NCBI GenBank assembly: GCA_964187785.1
Contig: OZ076409.1
Span: 96,536,001 to 96,600,000 of the forward strand
Direction of reading: 5' to 3'
Origin: Amphiscolops sp. MND2022
Taxonomy: Eukaryota
DNA: 64,000 bases
The notes under the pieces are model-generated. The model saw nothing but the letters and a program-made list of their open reading frames with translations, was not told where the DNA came from and did not search any database. This document shows positions 11,637-24,100 of the stretch, one piece after another. A program made the position numbers and the translations under genes. How positions within the stretch are numbered: the stretch's first letter is position 1; the number at the start of each line of letters is the position of its first letter.

Positions 11637-12554
11637 CTTCAATTTTGCATTATTTTCGGTGCAAATGGACATTCGGAAATTCTCCAGCTTTGCTGCAAAA
11701 TTTTGAAACAAACATCTTTTTAAGAACTTGATACAAATCTAAGAATTTTTATTATACAACATTTTAAAATTAAATGTCTATTCGAAAATCTGCTTCTTTC
11801 AATATCACCATTGTACAGTTAACCTTCCTAAGAATGACGTTCAAAAAATTGAGAGGCGCCACTCAGTTATCGCTAACAGGTGTCAGGATATTTCGTCTTG
11901 AACAATTTCAACCTATGCAAAATGCATTCCAACATATGCAACTTTAACTGCTCCCAAATCAATTGCTCACACATGTAACCGCTCGCGACTTCATACGTTC
12001 ACACTTTCAACCAATAACACTTTCAGCCTACGGCAAATTCAAGCTATCACACTTCCACCTAACTGATCTGATAGAGCGCTAAAAAGGAAAACATTTATTG
12101 TAAACAATTATGCTATGCAAAAAGTCGCGCAACTAAGGAAAATCTTTAACACTGTGAAAGATGTTAATGAATTGGAATGCTTCCCCATTATAAAAACCAT
12201 TTGACTGAATTGGAATAATCAATTCCACATACTAAAACCAAACATTGAATTTCAAAACATGTTGCTTCAAATCATGACAGTAAAGCGTTTGGGCAACATT
12301 GCAGTCGATAACGGTTCTTGCTTTTGTTTAATTGTCATGACTCATGGAACTTTTCACATGCTGCATGTAGGGTAATTTTTTTTAAATATATAAAAATTTC
12401 AGTAGGCTTCTAGTGATGAATCGTGTAGAATTACACTACATTTTCCACTACTGCAATTGAATTTGGAAATAAGTTACACGTCAATACCGACACGCTGACT
12501 ATGTATTGACACTTAGTTTTCTCAACTACTCATCTGATGTGACCACTGCATTGC

Positions 12555-13214
12555 AAATAGAACCCCAGGTTTTTGATCTTTGCCAATCTGTGCAGATCTG
12601 CAGGATTTTTTCTGCAGGCTTCTGCAAAGATCGTTGTACTGAATCTTGAAGATCCATACAGATCTGCAAGATCTTTACAGAAGTGTGCAGATTTTCTTTG
12701 AAGATTTGTGCAGAAATATGTTTTTCTGCAGCTTCTAAGGAAGCAAAATACTGCATTTTTGGACCTCTTTAACTACTTCATCACCTATTTTAGCTGACCA
12801 AAGCTCAGTCAGTTGATACTCTCGATCACTTAAGATTCTCGAGACGCAAAATTTGTCCCCACCACAGTAGTTTTGGTGACTGGAGAATGCGCCGTATTGG
12901 TTATACACCGTAATTTATCCATTTCACTTGAACTTTCCAGAAGTGGTTATTGAACTTTGAGAAGCTCGTTTGCCTTATTGACTTCGTTTTGACGGATGAA
13001 ATTTGACATGTGGCAACCTTCTGGGTTGGTAGATGTGTTGATAAAGTGTTGTTGATGTAATATTTCGGGAACATGGTTTGTTGGAGTAGTTTTAATACTT
13101 TCTGGTAACTCGGAATACGTTATAGTAATTTACTGGTCATTGTTGGGATCTGTAAAGATCTGCAAAGATCTGCAACACTCTACAGATCTGTACAGATTGC
13201 TGCAGAAAAATATT
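12555..13214. mobile_element. Left part of a TIR/MITE-like element interrupted by element A
   Basis: A ~50-bp segment at 12555-12610 is the reverse complement of 29356-29410; GATCTGCA subrepeats occur on both sides of A. Confidence 0.65.
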
Positions 13215-14953
13215 TGTCGTAAGCATTAGAGTCAACTATACCATCATTTTGGCGGTTACATTTAGGCTTACTAGATGAACTGTCTTTAGGGTTAATATTT
13301 TGCAGTCCTTCGGAGTTTACTTCCGGTCTCTCGGACGGAACGTTCCATCTATTCTGAGTAGAGCGTCCCGATCCGGCACTTAGAGCTGATTGAATCTGAG
13401 GCAATATCTGATTGCTAATTGCGTCACTAATCGCCCTTTGAATCTGGGAATTGACACCACACATCATATCATCTAACTCTCTCGACAGTCTCGAGTTCAA
13501 CTCGCTTGACAACTTGTTAATCTCAGCACTAGAATTACCTCCAGTTGAGATCCGGCCGTAATCGGCATTATTACCAGGGCCTATGTCTCTTGTGGCTGAG
13601 TACCTATTTTCACCATTGTTCTCTAATTCATCTGCAGAAGTACTGTCAGGCCTTCTGCCAAAATTGCTGCTAACACTTTCATCTCTCTCATTTCTATTGA
13701 AATGGTTTTCCCCTAACATAATATCGAGGTTTTCTATGTCAGACAGCATTTCTATTCCTCTTGACTTCCTAGCCTTCTTTTTTCTTCTTGTAGTAGGCAT
13801 TAAGAATTCGAGGTTAAATAATTTATTGGTGGTCTAGGTTTGCAATCTATAAGAGCGGAACAAACTAAGTTTGAGTATCATAAAGACAACTTGTGTCCAC
13901 CTCTCGGAGCGGGTGGGTATATATACTCCCGAGAGAATGGAATTTACATATTTTGATACAATACCCGCAATTTACAAATTCCTCAAGTCACAAGGTTAAG
14001 GCACAATGCTGATTAGAACGAGGTGGTTAGCACCTTATCAAAAAAACTCTAGGAATTCATACTTGTTAGGGTCACGAAGTTATATCCTTCCATTTGAAAA
14101 CATCAACAATATTACTATACGTCATCATAGTTGAGTAGCATCGGCAACAAACATAAACAAATAACATAACACAACTATCTAAGGAATGTTCATCACGGAA
14201 TGCTGTCACTTGCCTGCGAGTGCCGGCCGTTGCAACAAACGAGTAGCTTTAGCGTAAATCATGAAACAAAACACAACATGTCCTAAATCGGCCATTGGAC
14301 CTTATTCATTCAGAGTGAATAGCTTAGTTAGTCCAAAAGACTGGTACTAAGAATTGGGCTGGTATGGGGGTACTGATTATTTCAAAAAACGTAAAAACAC
14401 TAACTATTAACTTCAGGTGTAAATAGAGAGCTTACATGACCATTGAGCACTACAACATTATTAATACAATAAGCTGCAACAATGATTAAAGAAATAGCCT
14501 AATCCGGCCATCTGCCTAGTATTCCAACTATTTAATGCGCCATTAGGACAAACGGCCATAACCGGCCAATTGATTGAAGCAGTATTGCATCATGAAAAAC
14601 TTGAATATGATTGGTTGGTACATTAGGCTCAAGTGACGCTCTCGGACTGAAAGCTACGTACACTCGAACTCGTTTCCTTTAAGCCGTTTAGTAGCTTGCG
14701 TTGAACTATAATTTACATTGAGCATTGTTATTTTACAACTTGCAACTTCACTTGTCAAATGTATTATTAACAGACTAATTCACATTGTATCATAATGAAA
14801 AATGTAGTTGATCTAAGCAAACATAAATATTGAGAGTGAGTTTTAGGGTTTAACGTAAACCTGTTCAAAACGTGGGTAGGGTTCCGGGTATAATCTCTTG
14901 ACTGGCTGCTGAAGTCGTTATTAGAGTGCCATCACAGGCGGCAGCCTGCGACA
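13215..14953 (-). repeat. Element A 3' LTR
   Basis: Direct repeat of 27473-29212, about 2% divergent by eye count. Confidence 0.95.
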
Positions 14954-15650
14954 CTGCGGGTGTTATGAATAGAAAAGAGCCAGCAATTAATCCATTCTCA
15001 TAGGCCTCTCTCCTGATTCTCGTTATGTAATCTGGCTCTCCTCGTGGTTTAGATCTCTCGACGTACCAGTCCACCTTTTCCTTTTTGATTGCCTCCACTG
15101 ACCTGCCGCAAACCATACAGCCAGAATACAGCCTCGTACTGACGTTTTCATAGGGCCTTGTATTCTGCACGTGATAAGAGGCATGGAAACCTCCCATTAC
15201 TGGCTGCATAATAGGAGTGTCTGAGCTAGGCCCCCTCTCGTGATCAGGGGGTGACATTGGTGTGTCTGGGACTGGCAACAAAGTTTTGCAGATTTCTATG
15301 CGTGATTTTCCTGCTTTTTTTGGCGGGGCGTAGCACATTTCTTTGTCGAAATATCTGTGGTCCAACTTTGGGGTAATATCAGATCGTACTTGAGCCGAAC
15401 TTGGACCAGCTTCTAGTTCGTCTTCCGCGGGTTCGTCCATAGTCATGATCCTGCCTGCTATTAGCATGGGACTTGACGTGACTTCTCTTTCGATCCTTGC
15501 CACGAGCTGCTCTGTATCTGTGGAGCAGTCTGTTTCCCAGTCAGATGATTCATCTTCGTCACTAGATATGTAGATGACGGATCTTTCGGAGTCATCAGAG
15601 TCCGATTCTTCTAAGCCAAACAGTTTCCTTGAGAGGTTAAATTTGCTCAT
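14865..15650 (-). CDS. Element A accessory ORF3 (261 aa, acidic N-terminus, CxxC), ends inside the 3' LTR
   Basis: Intact ORF, homologous to 34218-35159 (SPPxHERGP, CxVCGRS, RGE..REAY, VSQAAACDG). Confidence 0.85.
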   Translation of the reverse strand: MSKFNLSRKLFGLEESDSDDSERSVIYISSDEDESSDWETDCSTDTEQLVARIEREVTSSPMLIAGRIMTMDEPAEDELEAGPSSAQVRSDITPKLDHRYFDKEMCYAPPKKAGKSRIEICKTLLPVPDTPMSPPDHERGPSSDTPIMQPVMGGFHASYHVQNTRPYENVSTRLYSGCMVCGRSVEAIKKEKVDWYVERSKPRGEPDYITRIRREAYENGLIAGSFLFITPAVSQAAACDGTLITTSAASQEIIPGTLPTF

Positions 15651-16501
15651 TATGATTTTCTTGGCAATTTTCGAAGCTAGCTGAGTAAACAGTTTGTCAA
15701 TGAAATATGAGATAGAATGAATTTATCAATTTTAGGAGACTAGCCGAGTTCGGTCTTTCCACCGACAATTCGTTTTGGCGGTAGAATTCCTCGGCTGGTT
15801 CTCCCAATCCGACGTAAACATTTCTGAATGGAATTCCATAATTAGTCGGCTATCTTTGATAATTCAATGTTTACCCCTCATCAACAACACCGCTTGGAGA
15901 GGTGTGAACAACACTTAAGTTGTTTAAACCAACTTCATGATTTTCAAGTGGGTAATTAACAGGTCGCCTGAAGGTAATTAACGGAGCGCGCCGTAACTTC
16001 GTCTCAACATGGCGTTAGCCAATCAGATTCTACCGTAGATAAATTGAGAAATTATTAAATAAAATGGCGGAAAATAATAATTCCGAATAATCCAAAATGG
16101 CGAGTTTCTAACTAAAGGTAATAAGAGCAATTGAACAAAACGTCAAAAATTAGTAGGGTAAACGGCCGTAATAGGCCATTATTCATGTGATCTGTAAGTA
16201 ATGAAGATCTTCTGTACGTATCGCTGGCAGACTCCATGTACAAATATAAATATGTAAATAGTCATATAATATTAGTCTGGTAATTTCTTCAGCCACGAAC
16301 TCCAACTTTCACCCTTTTAATCGTTACACTATTCAATCCATCTATTATTTATTCTTTACTCTCTTCACCAATTCCCTCAGTTTACGTTCCCATCTCTGCA
16401 GTTACTGGGTTTCATCTGTAGCTCTGTTGCCGGCATTGCCTCTACGCAAGACCTCCATTTCTTCTTCCTCTTTTGCCCGAATTCAGCCACTAAACCCGAT
16501 C
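15651..16501. promoter_or_regulatory. Putative bidirectional internal promoter of element A
   Basis: Lies between divergent ORF3 and the antisense gene. TTAGCCAATC (16015) and AAAATGGCG (16061, 16094) are shared with the equivalent region of B. Confidence 0.5.
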
Positions 16502-19500
16502 ATGTCGGACCAACAGGGACTTTTTCCAGAGGAGCAAGGACTTCAAAACCGGGAGATTATCAGCACAGGTTGGTTTGAGTAATCGTATTTTGAACCAATT
16601 AACGTGATCAAGGTTAACTTTGTTCGTAAACTGCTTCCTGTTTCCATCAGAGGACACGTGATAACATGTCTATTCAAATTTTCAAACACTTCCGGAAGGT
16701 TTCTAAAGCGGTGAAAATGGATTTTTTTCAAGGAAGCGCACCGCCGAATTTCATTTCTTTCTGTTTAGCGAATCAGAGTGAAGATGAGCTGCAAGCCTCA
16801 GCCATCACTGTCCCAAATCTCTCTGCTACACTAACTCAAGTAGCCAGTCACTCCTCTAGTTCTGACCCAGTCCTGCCCCCTGTTCCGTCTCCTCCACCTT
16901 TCCCTCTGCTGGTTTCTTCAATTTCGCGCGTTCAGGCCGAGGACGTGGCTCTGCTTTATAGCCCGGATAGTAACACAGATGTTACTTCTTATGCTGATGA
17001 GATAGTCCAGCGGCTGGAAGAGGCACAGGCTAGTCTCGTTGCCGAGACAAGTAGCGCAGTCGGCACCACCCCCGACGCTGTTCCTGTTCAACGAGCTCGA
17101 GAAAACAATTCAACTTTGCCCTTCCCGAGGTCAAGTACTCCGACACTCAATGCCGAGACAGTTGAGCCGTCAACCAACCTGTCACACCTTGAGACTGCCC
17201 TTGACGTCATTATCGGATCACAGTCTGACCAACCAGTTCTTGTCCCAGTTCCTTTGCTAGAGTCAGGGGGCGTTACAGGGTTACAAGAACGGAATGAAGG
17301 GGATAACACGTCCTCCACTTGTGATTTCCCAAGCCTATCGAAAGACAACCCGAAAGTTCATTTCTTGACGGATGACCCAACTGAGAGTGAGAAGGCTAGT
17401 GACGATGCAAGTCATGAAGATGGGCCACCTCTTTATAGCTCTGTCCCTTTTGAATCTGAATCTGGAACTGAAGCCGGTGACGAGTCGGGACAAGGTCACG
17501 ACAGCATGGGGCCTAGCAAGCCTTCCGGTTCCCGAGGACCTGACGACCACCTCCCAGAATTGACTGGTCGAAGCCGAGCCATCTTAAAGACGTACTTTGC
17601 TGACGCCAAACCATTCACCTTTCCACTAAGCCACCCCACTGTGGCGTTTTCAGAGGCTCAGATATACCACCTGTTGCGGGTTTTAAGTGATGAAACCCTT
17701 CGATTGTCTTACTCTACGATGGAGAAGATGGTCGTTGACGCCGTTAGAGGTAAACCCACTGTTGCGCCGTCCAAGACATCTCACTTCCTCATCAAGAACA
17801 GGGCACAGACTCCAGGTCGGTGGGACCAAAGCGACCAGAGTTCTTCGGAGGCTGAGTATGATTCAAATGCAGACTCTAGAGCTCTAACTCCTACCAGTGC
17901 AGGAGACACAGGGGGTTCTTCCTTTGAAGGGGAATCAGACAGCGCTACTGAAATGGCCTTATTTTCAGCGACCTTGGGGGTGTGATTCCCAGCTTGCCCA
18001 ATCATCCCAAGAAAAGAACAGAGTTGCCATTTCATGTTCCACGGCCATAGACGAGACCACTGGCCCCAGCAGTCAGGATACTACCCTCCAGGAGCTTCAA
18101 GAGCAAGCACGAGGGACGAAAGCGAAGAGTCCCACTAAACGCAAACAACCCAACAGATCGAGAAGACTTGCCAGTCGAGGGGTCCCAATGCGAGAAGAGT
18201 TCTTCGTCAAGATCGGGTGGATCCGATCCTTTATCTCTGGGCCCGCTGACCTGTCCATAACCCACATATGGTCTGGTGCCATATGTGCAAGAAGAACTTT
18301 TCGATTCGGTCAAAGGGTGCCTTTGAAATCCTGCGCCACCACCGTACAGAGAGGCACTTGCGGCGTGACCAGCGATGGAGGTACGAACACCTCAAGAGCG
18401 TGGATCCCGTCAGTGGGAAGGTACGGCACCGGATTCGAGGCCGAAATGGGAAGGTGTTGACCGCAATCGAACTGGCCAAGGAATTGCCGAAGTTTATCCA
18501 CACTGATCTTGTGGACGAGGGAGAGAGGTTTCCCTTCTACGACGACTTCATGCAGGGGCGACCTACTGCCATGGTCACTCCTGAAAGCAAAGCTACAGCT
18601 GTCCATTGTAGGAGACTTCCTGCAATTCCAAGGTGACTTCTCATTGTTGAAGAATCTGTGGTCGAGAGTCAGTTCCCACACGGACTACCAAGCCAGCTTG
18701 TGCGATTTCGATTGGTCGGAAGAACGCGTCACGGTAAGCCCCTTTTTGAAGGTCGACCGAGTACGTCCAGATAGCTGACCTGGTTGTTAAACCTACTTTG
18801 TCCTTTTCAGGACATTTTCCAACACATCTTCAATTGCACCATGAGTCACTTGGCAGAACAAATTGCAGTTGAGCAGTGTTTCGCCATAGAGTTTGAGGAC
18901 AAGGGCCCTAATCGGTACATGACAGTACGCTATTGGGAAGGCCAAAATCTCCACCGAGTCCTCATCTGCAGGAGTCAGCTGCCTGCTACAGAAGCTCTGT
19001 TGACCTTCTTCGCACAGTTGATTATTCCTCCCTCTTCTCCCGGGCTGTGCAAAGTTGCTTCCGCTTCGACCAACTGAACCTGTCCAAGATGATGCATAAA
19101 ACCAGTTACAGCGTCTTTGGTCACAAAGTTTTTTTCTCGGTCTTGCGCGGTCTAGTCATCTCCCTTGGCGGGTCACACTCCGAAGACTGGTATCAACGAA
19201 GCCCTGAGCTAGCCCAGGTAAAACAACGTTCATCTTTCTAGGGTTGCAGACATAATCAGTGAGATGTTAACTAAGTAGAGAGAATTTTCTTAGTTGCCCA
19301 GTTCTAAGTAGTGATCTTCTTTCCCAGGCCATTTCCAGCTGCAAATTGGAGCTCTCCACTTTACCGACCCTTTGTCAGGAGCTAATTGAGGAATGGAAAC
19401 CAGTGACGAGTTACTTGACGACGCACGTGCCACAGCAACAAGGGCAAGGAGTCCGAACTCGGGTGGGTGACCAAATCCCTTTTTCCTTCAAATATATGTT

Positions 19501-20899
19501 GATTAGGAGTTATTTGAGGTGTATAGACGGGGGTGTATCCCTTCCCCTTTTTCAGTTTTATTGTGATAATACCAAATCCTATTACAGGTGCAAAGTTTCG
19601 AATGGGGACTGATTTGTGACGAGTTCATTCTCGTTAAGCTGGAACTCTTTTACCGGATCGTAAGTGACTGTTAGTATGCTTCAATCATCTTTGGTCGAGC
19701 TCTCCGCTTTAAGTTGTACCGATCTCTTTTTCCTAGATAACACTAGCTTCATTATCAACGCTCAACACAGGCGTGATGCTTCATTCTTCCTCTGTGGGGA
19801 AGCTTCCAATTTCATCTACCAGCTGTGCTTCAGATGTTTCACTAGCGATTCAGTCCCATTGCCAAGTGCCTGGTTCCTCCTCCTGGGGTTCCAAGTGGGT
19901 GACGGGACCCTCATGGCGGCTGGGGAATTTCTCGTCCGTCTCAACACCACCAACAAGGTTGCCTCCGCTCGCAAACGAAAAGCCGAAGGAGTCCATTCTG
20001 GAAAACGGTCAGATCGGGCCCTGGTTCAGAAAACTGCCGAGACTCTTAAAGCTGAGTTCGTCCAAGATGCCATGGTCTACCTAAAGCATTTACTCAGTGA
20101 AGTACTACGACAGGCTGGGCTCAGTTCTAACATCATCAAGGGGCTGGCCGCATTCGATCCGCATATCATGGTCAAGCGTCCTACTGAGGTGGCACTCCGA
20201 CATTTTGACATCCTCTTCAGTTCGTTCCAGCGCCGCTCTTGGATCAGTGCTTCAGTCGAAGCGGCATGCAGAGACCAATATGTCGAACTGATTGACTACC
20301 TTCGCGCTAAATACTCCGGTGGACTCGAAGTTACAGAGGAGGCTAAGGACCTCATAGACTTTTTGATAAACCTTGATTTCCTACAGACACGATATCATCT
20401 CCTCCTTTTATTCAAGTTGTGTTGCTTGTGCGTTACCACGGTGAGTCCTGAATTTCCAGTTGTGAAAGTGGGGAGAGTTGATACTTCTGGACAGCGGGGT
20501 CGCTTCACTAACGTCGTTCTCCCCATCCAGAGTTATTTGGTCGGGGTTCCTGATTCTGTAGCGAGGTGTAACAGCGAATCTAATCTCGCTAATTTTTCTC
20601 TTCTTTCTGCCTCTTTTGGATCATCTGCTTTTTCGCCTAATTATGACCCTTGGGAGACAGTTGATGTCTTTGGGCGGACAAAGATATACAAGTCTCTTCT
20701 GTCTTCCTATCGTTCCGCAGTTTCAGAGTCTTCAGTTGGGTCTGCTCAAGTGGAAGTCAACGACACGTCCTCAGTCCTGGATGATGCGGCATTGAAGGTG
20801 CCCAGTAGCAGTAAGCGCAAGCGGACAGAGAAGAGAGCTGCCCGTTCCCGTTCCTCATCCGTCCTCAGCGAGTCTGTGTCCGGATCTTCTAATGTTTAA
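16502..20899 (+). pseudogene. Element A antisense six-exon gene: Ser-rich N-terminus, C2H2/BED-like zinc finger, hAT-transposase-like remainder; carries a stop and frameshifts in this copy
   Basis: Predicted introns 16569-16768, 18734-18810, 19218-19327, 19463-19587 and 19670-19736 restore colinearity with the B homologue. Zinc finger WCHMCKKNFSIRSKGAFEILRHHRTERH. Confidence 0.85.
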
Positions 20900-21146
20900 G
20901 TGTACATGTGTATTTATGTACAATTCAAACTGTAAACTGTATTCTTTGTTGATTTTCTGATTCTGTATTTGTTTGTTATGATTTCATTTCTGTGCCCCTA
21001 TATTCTTCATTTGAAAAAGGGTTTGTTCTGTGTCCCATTATTTATTCAAAAGCATCTTCATGGGACTTTGGGAAAAAGAAAGAAAAAAGAATAAAAGAAA
21101 AGAAAGTGAAATTCAAGGCTGTCTTCTGAGCTGAATTTAGTCTTTT

Positions 21147-24100
21147 CTAATATCTGAAGTCTTCTGAGTAGTTTGGGTTGGGGTTAGGCCTGAGATTATA
21201 TTTCCCTCCTCTAGGGCTCAGACTTTCATTTCTAGTATCATCTTGCGATATTGCCGGCACGATAATATCATCCCCCCTTGTAGGAGAATTTTGTACATCG
21301 TTTTCGTTCATCGAATTTCTTTCTGAAAAAATTTCATCATTTTCCGGTCTATCTGCCGTATTGGGCAAAAGTTTTTCTTGATTTTTTGGGGAAACGGCCG
21401 GATTCGGCCAATCAGATTCTTCATTTTCTGTCTCTGTAGTAGTTTCATTTCTTTTAGTGACGTCATCACTTAAGCGATCGTTCCGGTTGTGCGTCGCATT
21501 GTCGTTATTTAATTTTTCTCGCGTGATTATATAATCCGCTTCATTCTCGTCTATGTCACTGTGACTCGGTTCTGCCGCATTCGGCCGTTCGCCGTTCGGC
21601 ACGATAGTCGGAATAGGATTGTGTCCTCGTGTAATTAGCTGCTCGCCAAAGTCTGTTTCCCACGTTACGATATATAAATCATCTTGCGGAATGACAATCT
21701 CTTCATCAGGCTGTAACTGCTGTTCTCGGAAATTGTCCTCAAGTGGTTGATTGGGGACAAACTTTTTGAGGCGAATTCGGTGCAAGATTTGAGTCTTGTT
21801 CGTATTAATCCGTCGTACTATATAGTTTTCATTTGGCAAAACTTTTTGGACTACAAATGGTCCAACCCAATGGTCATCGCGGCATGGAATTTTTGATCCT
21901 TGATTATCCGCTTTCGGCTGTAAGACAAAACAGTATTCGTTCTCCTTTAGTGGAGCGGCTTTTGCTTTGCGGTAGTAATATTCTTTGTACTTGATATACG
22001 ACTGCATAATGTTCTGCTTCGTTTTGTCAATCAGGATTTTTGTCCGGTTTTGGATTTCTTCAGCAAATTCGGTTGTGGGGTTGATCTGCTCGTTTGGATT
22101 GTTTCCAAGCTTGTGATCCAATATATTAAATGGAATTCTTCCGTGGAATACTCTCGTCGGCTCACAACCGATGCTAGCATGATAACTAGTATTATGATTC
22201 AGTACTGCTAATGGCAAGTATTTGTGCCATTGTCGGCGATATTCCCCACATGCCATTTTGAGATTTGTTTTCATTGAGGCATGAGTTCGCTCCAATTTCC
22301 CAATTGTCTGCGGGTGTTTTGTTGTTGCACATTTGAGTGTTATGCCCAAAATTTGCGTAACCTCCGCAATAATTGTGGAAGTGAATGCAGTACCTTTATC
22401 AGTTTTAAGAGTCGTTGGCAGATATGCATGTTTGGTCATGATGTCAATGATCGCTTTTGCTACATTGATCGCTGATGCATCTGTAAGGGGATAGGCAAAC
22501 AGATATCTGGAAAATACATCGATTGCTGTTAAGACGTTTTCATAGCCACCACTTGGGGGAAGATTCGGCAATAGGTCAATTTGCATGGCGTCTTCAGGTC
22601 CAAGGTCCCATTCGGGCAAATTGAGTAGTTCAGGTGTAATTGTTGCGTTAGGGACTCTTTTGTCTCTGGCACATTGTTCGCATCCTTCTACCCACTTTTT
22701 GACATGTTTAGCCATGCTAGGGTAGTAATACCTCTGTCGAATTTCCTGCAGCATTTTTGAGATACCAGGGTGTTTGTGCGCTGTCCCATGAAGAGACTGA
22801 AGTAATTCTTGGAGTAAATGTTGCGGGAGCAGAATTTGATGGTATTTAACGTTCCCTGTTTCATCAAAGTATTGCCTTGTCAGGATTTCGTCCTTAAGTA
22901 CAATTCGTTCCAGGTTGTTTGCGTAATGTCTGTATCGTGCATCCTGATGCAGTAGATTTTCTGAAAAATCCTCATGAAGCAGTTTGCTTTCAATTGTTGT
23001 AGTACCGCATCCTTGGATTGCTCGATAATGATCTGGTTCGTCTTCCTCAATCGGGCTTGTACATCGGGGTGTTGCTTGACTAGATTTGTTGACATGGTTT
23101 GTATAGTAACAGTGGGCTCATCAGTTGCTGGATTTTTCCTGATTGCTTCTTTTCTTGCCCAATACTGTTCTTCTGTCTCATCGTCTGCATTGGTGTAGAA
23201 GATCTGTTCTTCTTGTGACACCCCTGCGGATTGGACATTGATTTCGATCAGCAGTGTTTGTACATCTTCGCGGATTTTCATCACCAATTTGTCCTTCGGA
23301 TCTGCTTCCAATCAGGACAAATAGTCAGCAGCGGTATTTTGTGCCCCCGGGATGTGTGCTATGACAAATTGAATTGAATAACATAGTCACATGCGTTCCA
23401 CAGTGCTGGGGGTATTATTTTCATTTGGAAAAATCGTGTTACAGCTTTGTTGTCAGTTAAGTAAATGAGTGGTTTGGGAGCACCCCAGAAGATATGGCCA
23501 AGTTCTTTGAATGCAAAATAAATTGCAAGGAATTCCTTGGCATAAATTGACATCTTGATCTGTGCTGGGGTGAAAATTTTTGATCCATATGCTACTGGTG
23601 CATTTGATTTTCTGAGTGAGGTAAATTTCTGATTCGTGTCGTCTTCAATTAGGACTGCGTATCCAGCTGCACCGAAACTTGCATCAGTCATTAGTGCAAT
23701 TTGTTTGTTCGGGATAGGTTGTTGTAGGGCCAAGTCGCAGAATTTGTCTAGTGCTCTATTGATTTCTTCGAATTGCTGGACTAATTCCTTCGATACTAGG
23801 ACCTTTTCGTCACTTTTGAGCATCTTGTAGAATGGAGCAAGGCGTTCGGAAAGTCTTGGGACATAATTCCTGTAGTAGTTTAGAAATCCCAAATAGCGCT
23901 GTAAAGCCTTTTTCGACTTCGGGAATTTGGTCTTTTCCAGAACGTTTTGTACATTCTGTTTCTGAGGTTTAACGCCTTGTGGGGTAATAGTCCGTCCGAG
24001 AAATTCAATTTCTTTTGCACCGAAGTGACATTTTTGCATTGTTAGCTTAAGGCCTGCTTCCTGAATGCATTTGAACGTAGCTCACAGGTTTGCTAGGAGG

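Noticed and set aside
13180..13800. 206-aa ORF (and 32676-33464) as independent genes or tandem gag duplications
   Set aside because: They are the gag 5' ends carried in the 3' LTR copies, running into flanking DNA.
16502..20899. Antisense gene as a recently nested DNA transposon or a host gene
   Set aside because: It has the same position, orientation and intron pattern in two diverged elements, and no TIRs or TSD are visible.
21071..21110. Long purine run as the PPT of element A
   Set aside because: It is on the wrong strand and ~6 kb from the 3' LTR. More likely the 3' end of the antisense gene (AATAAA at 21090).
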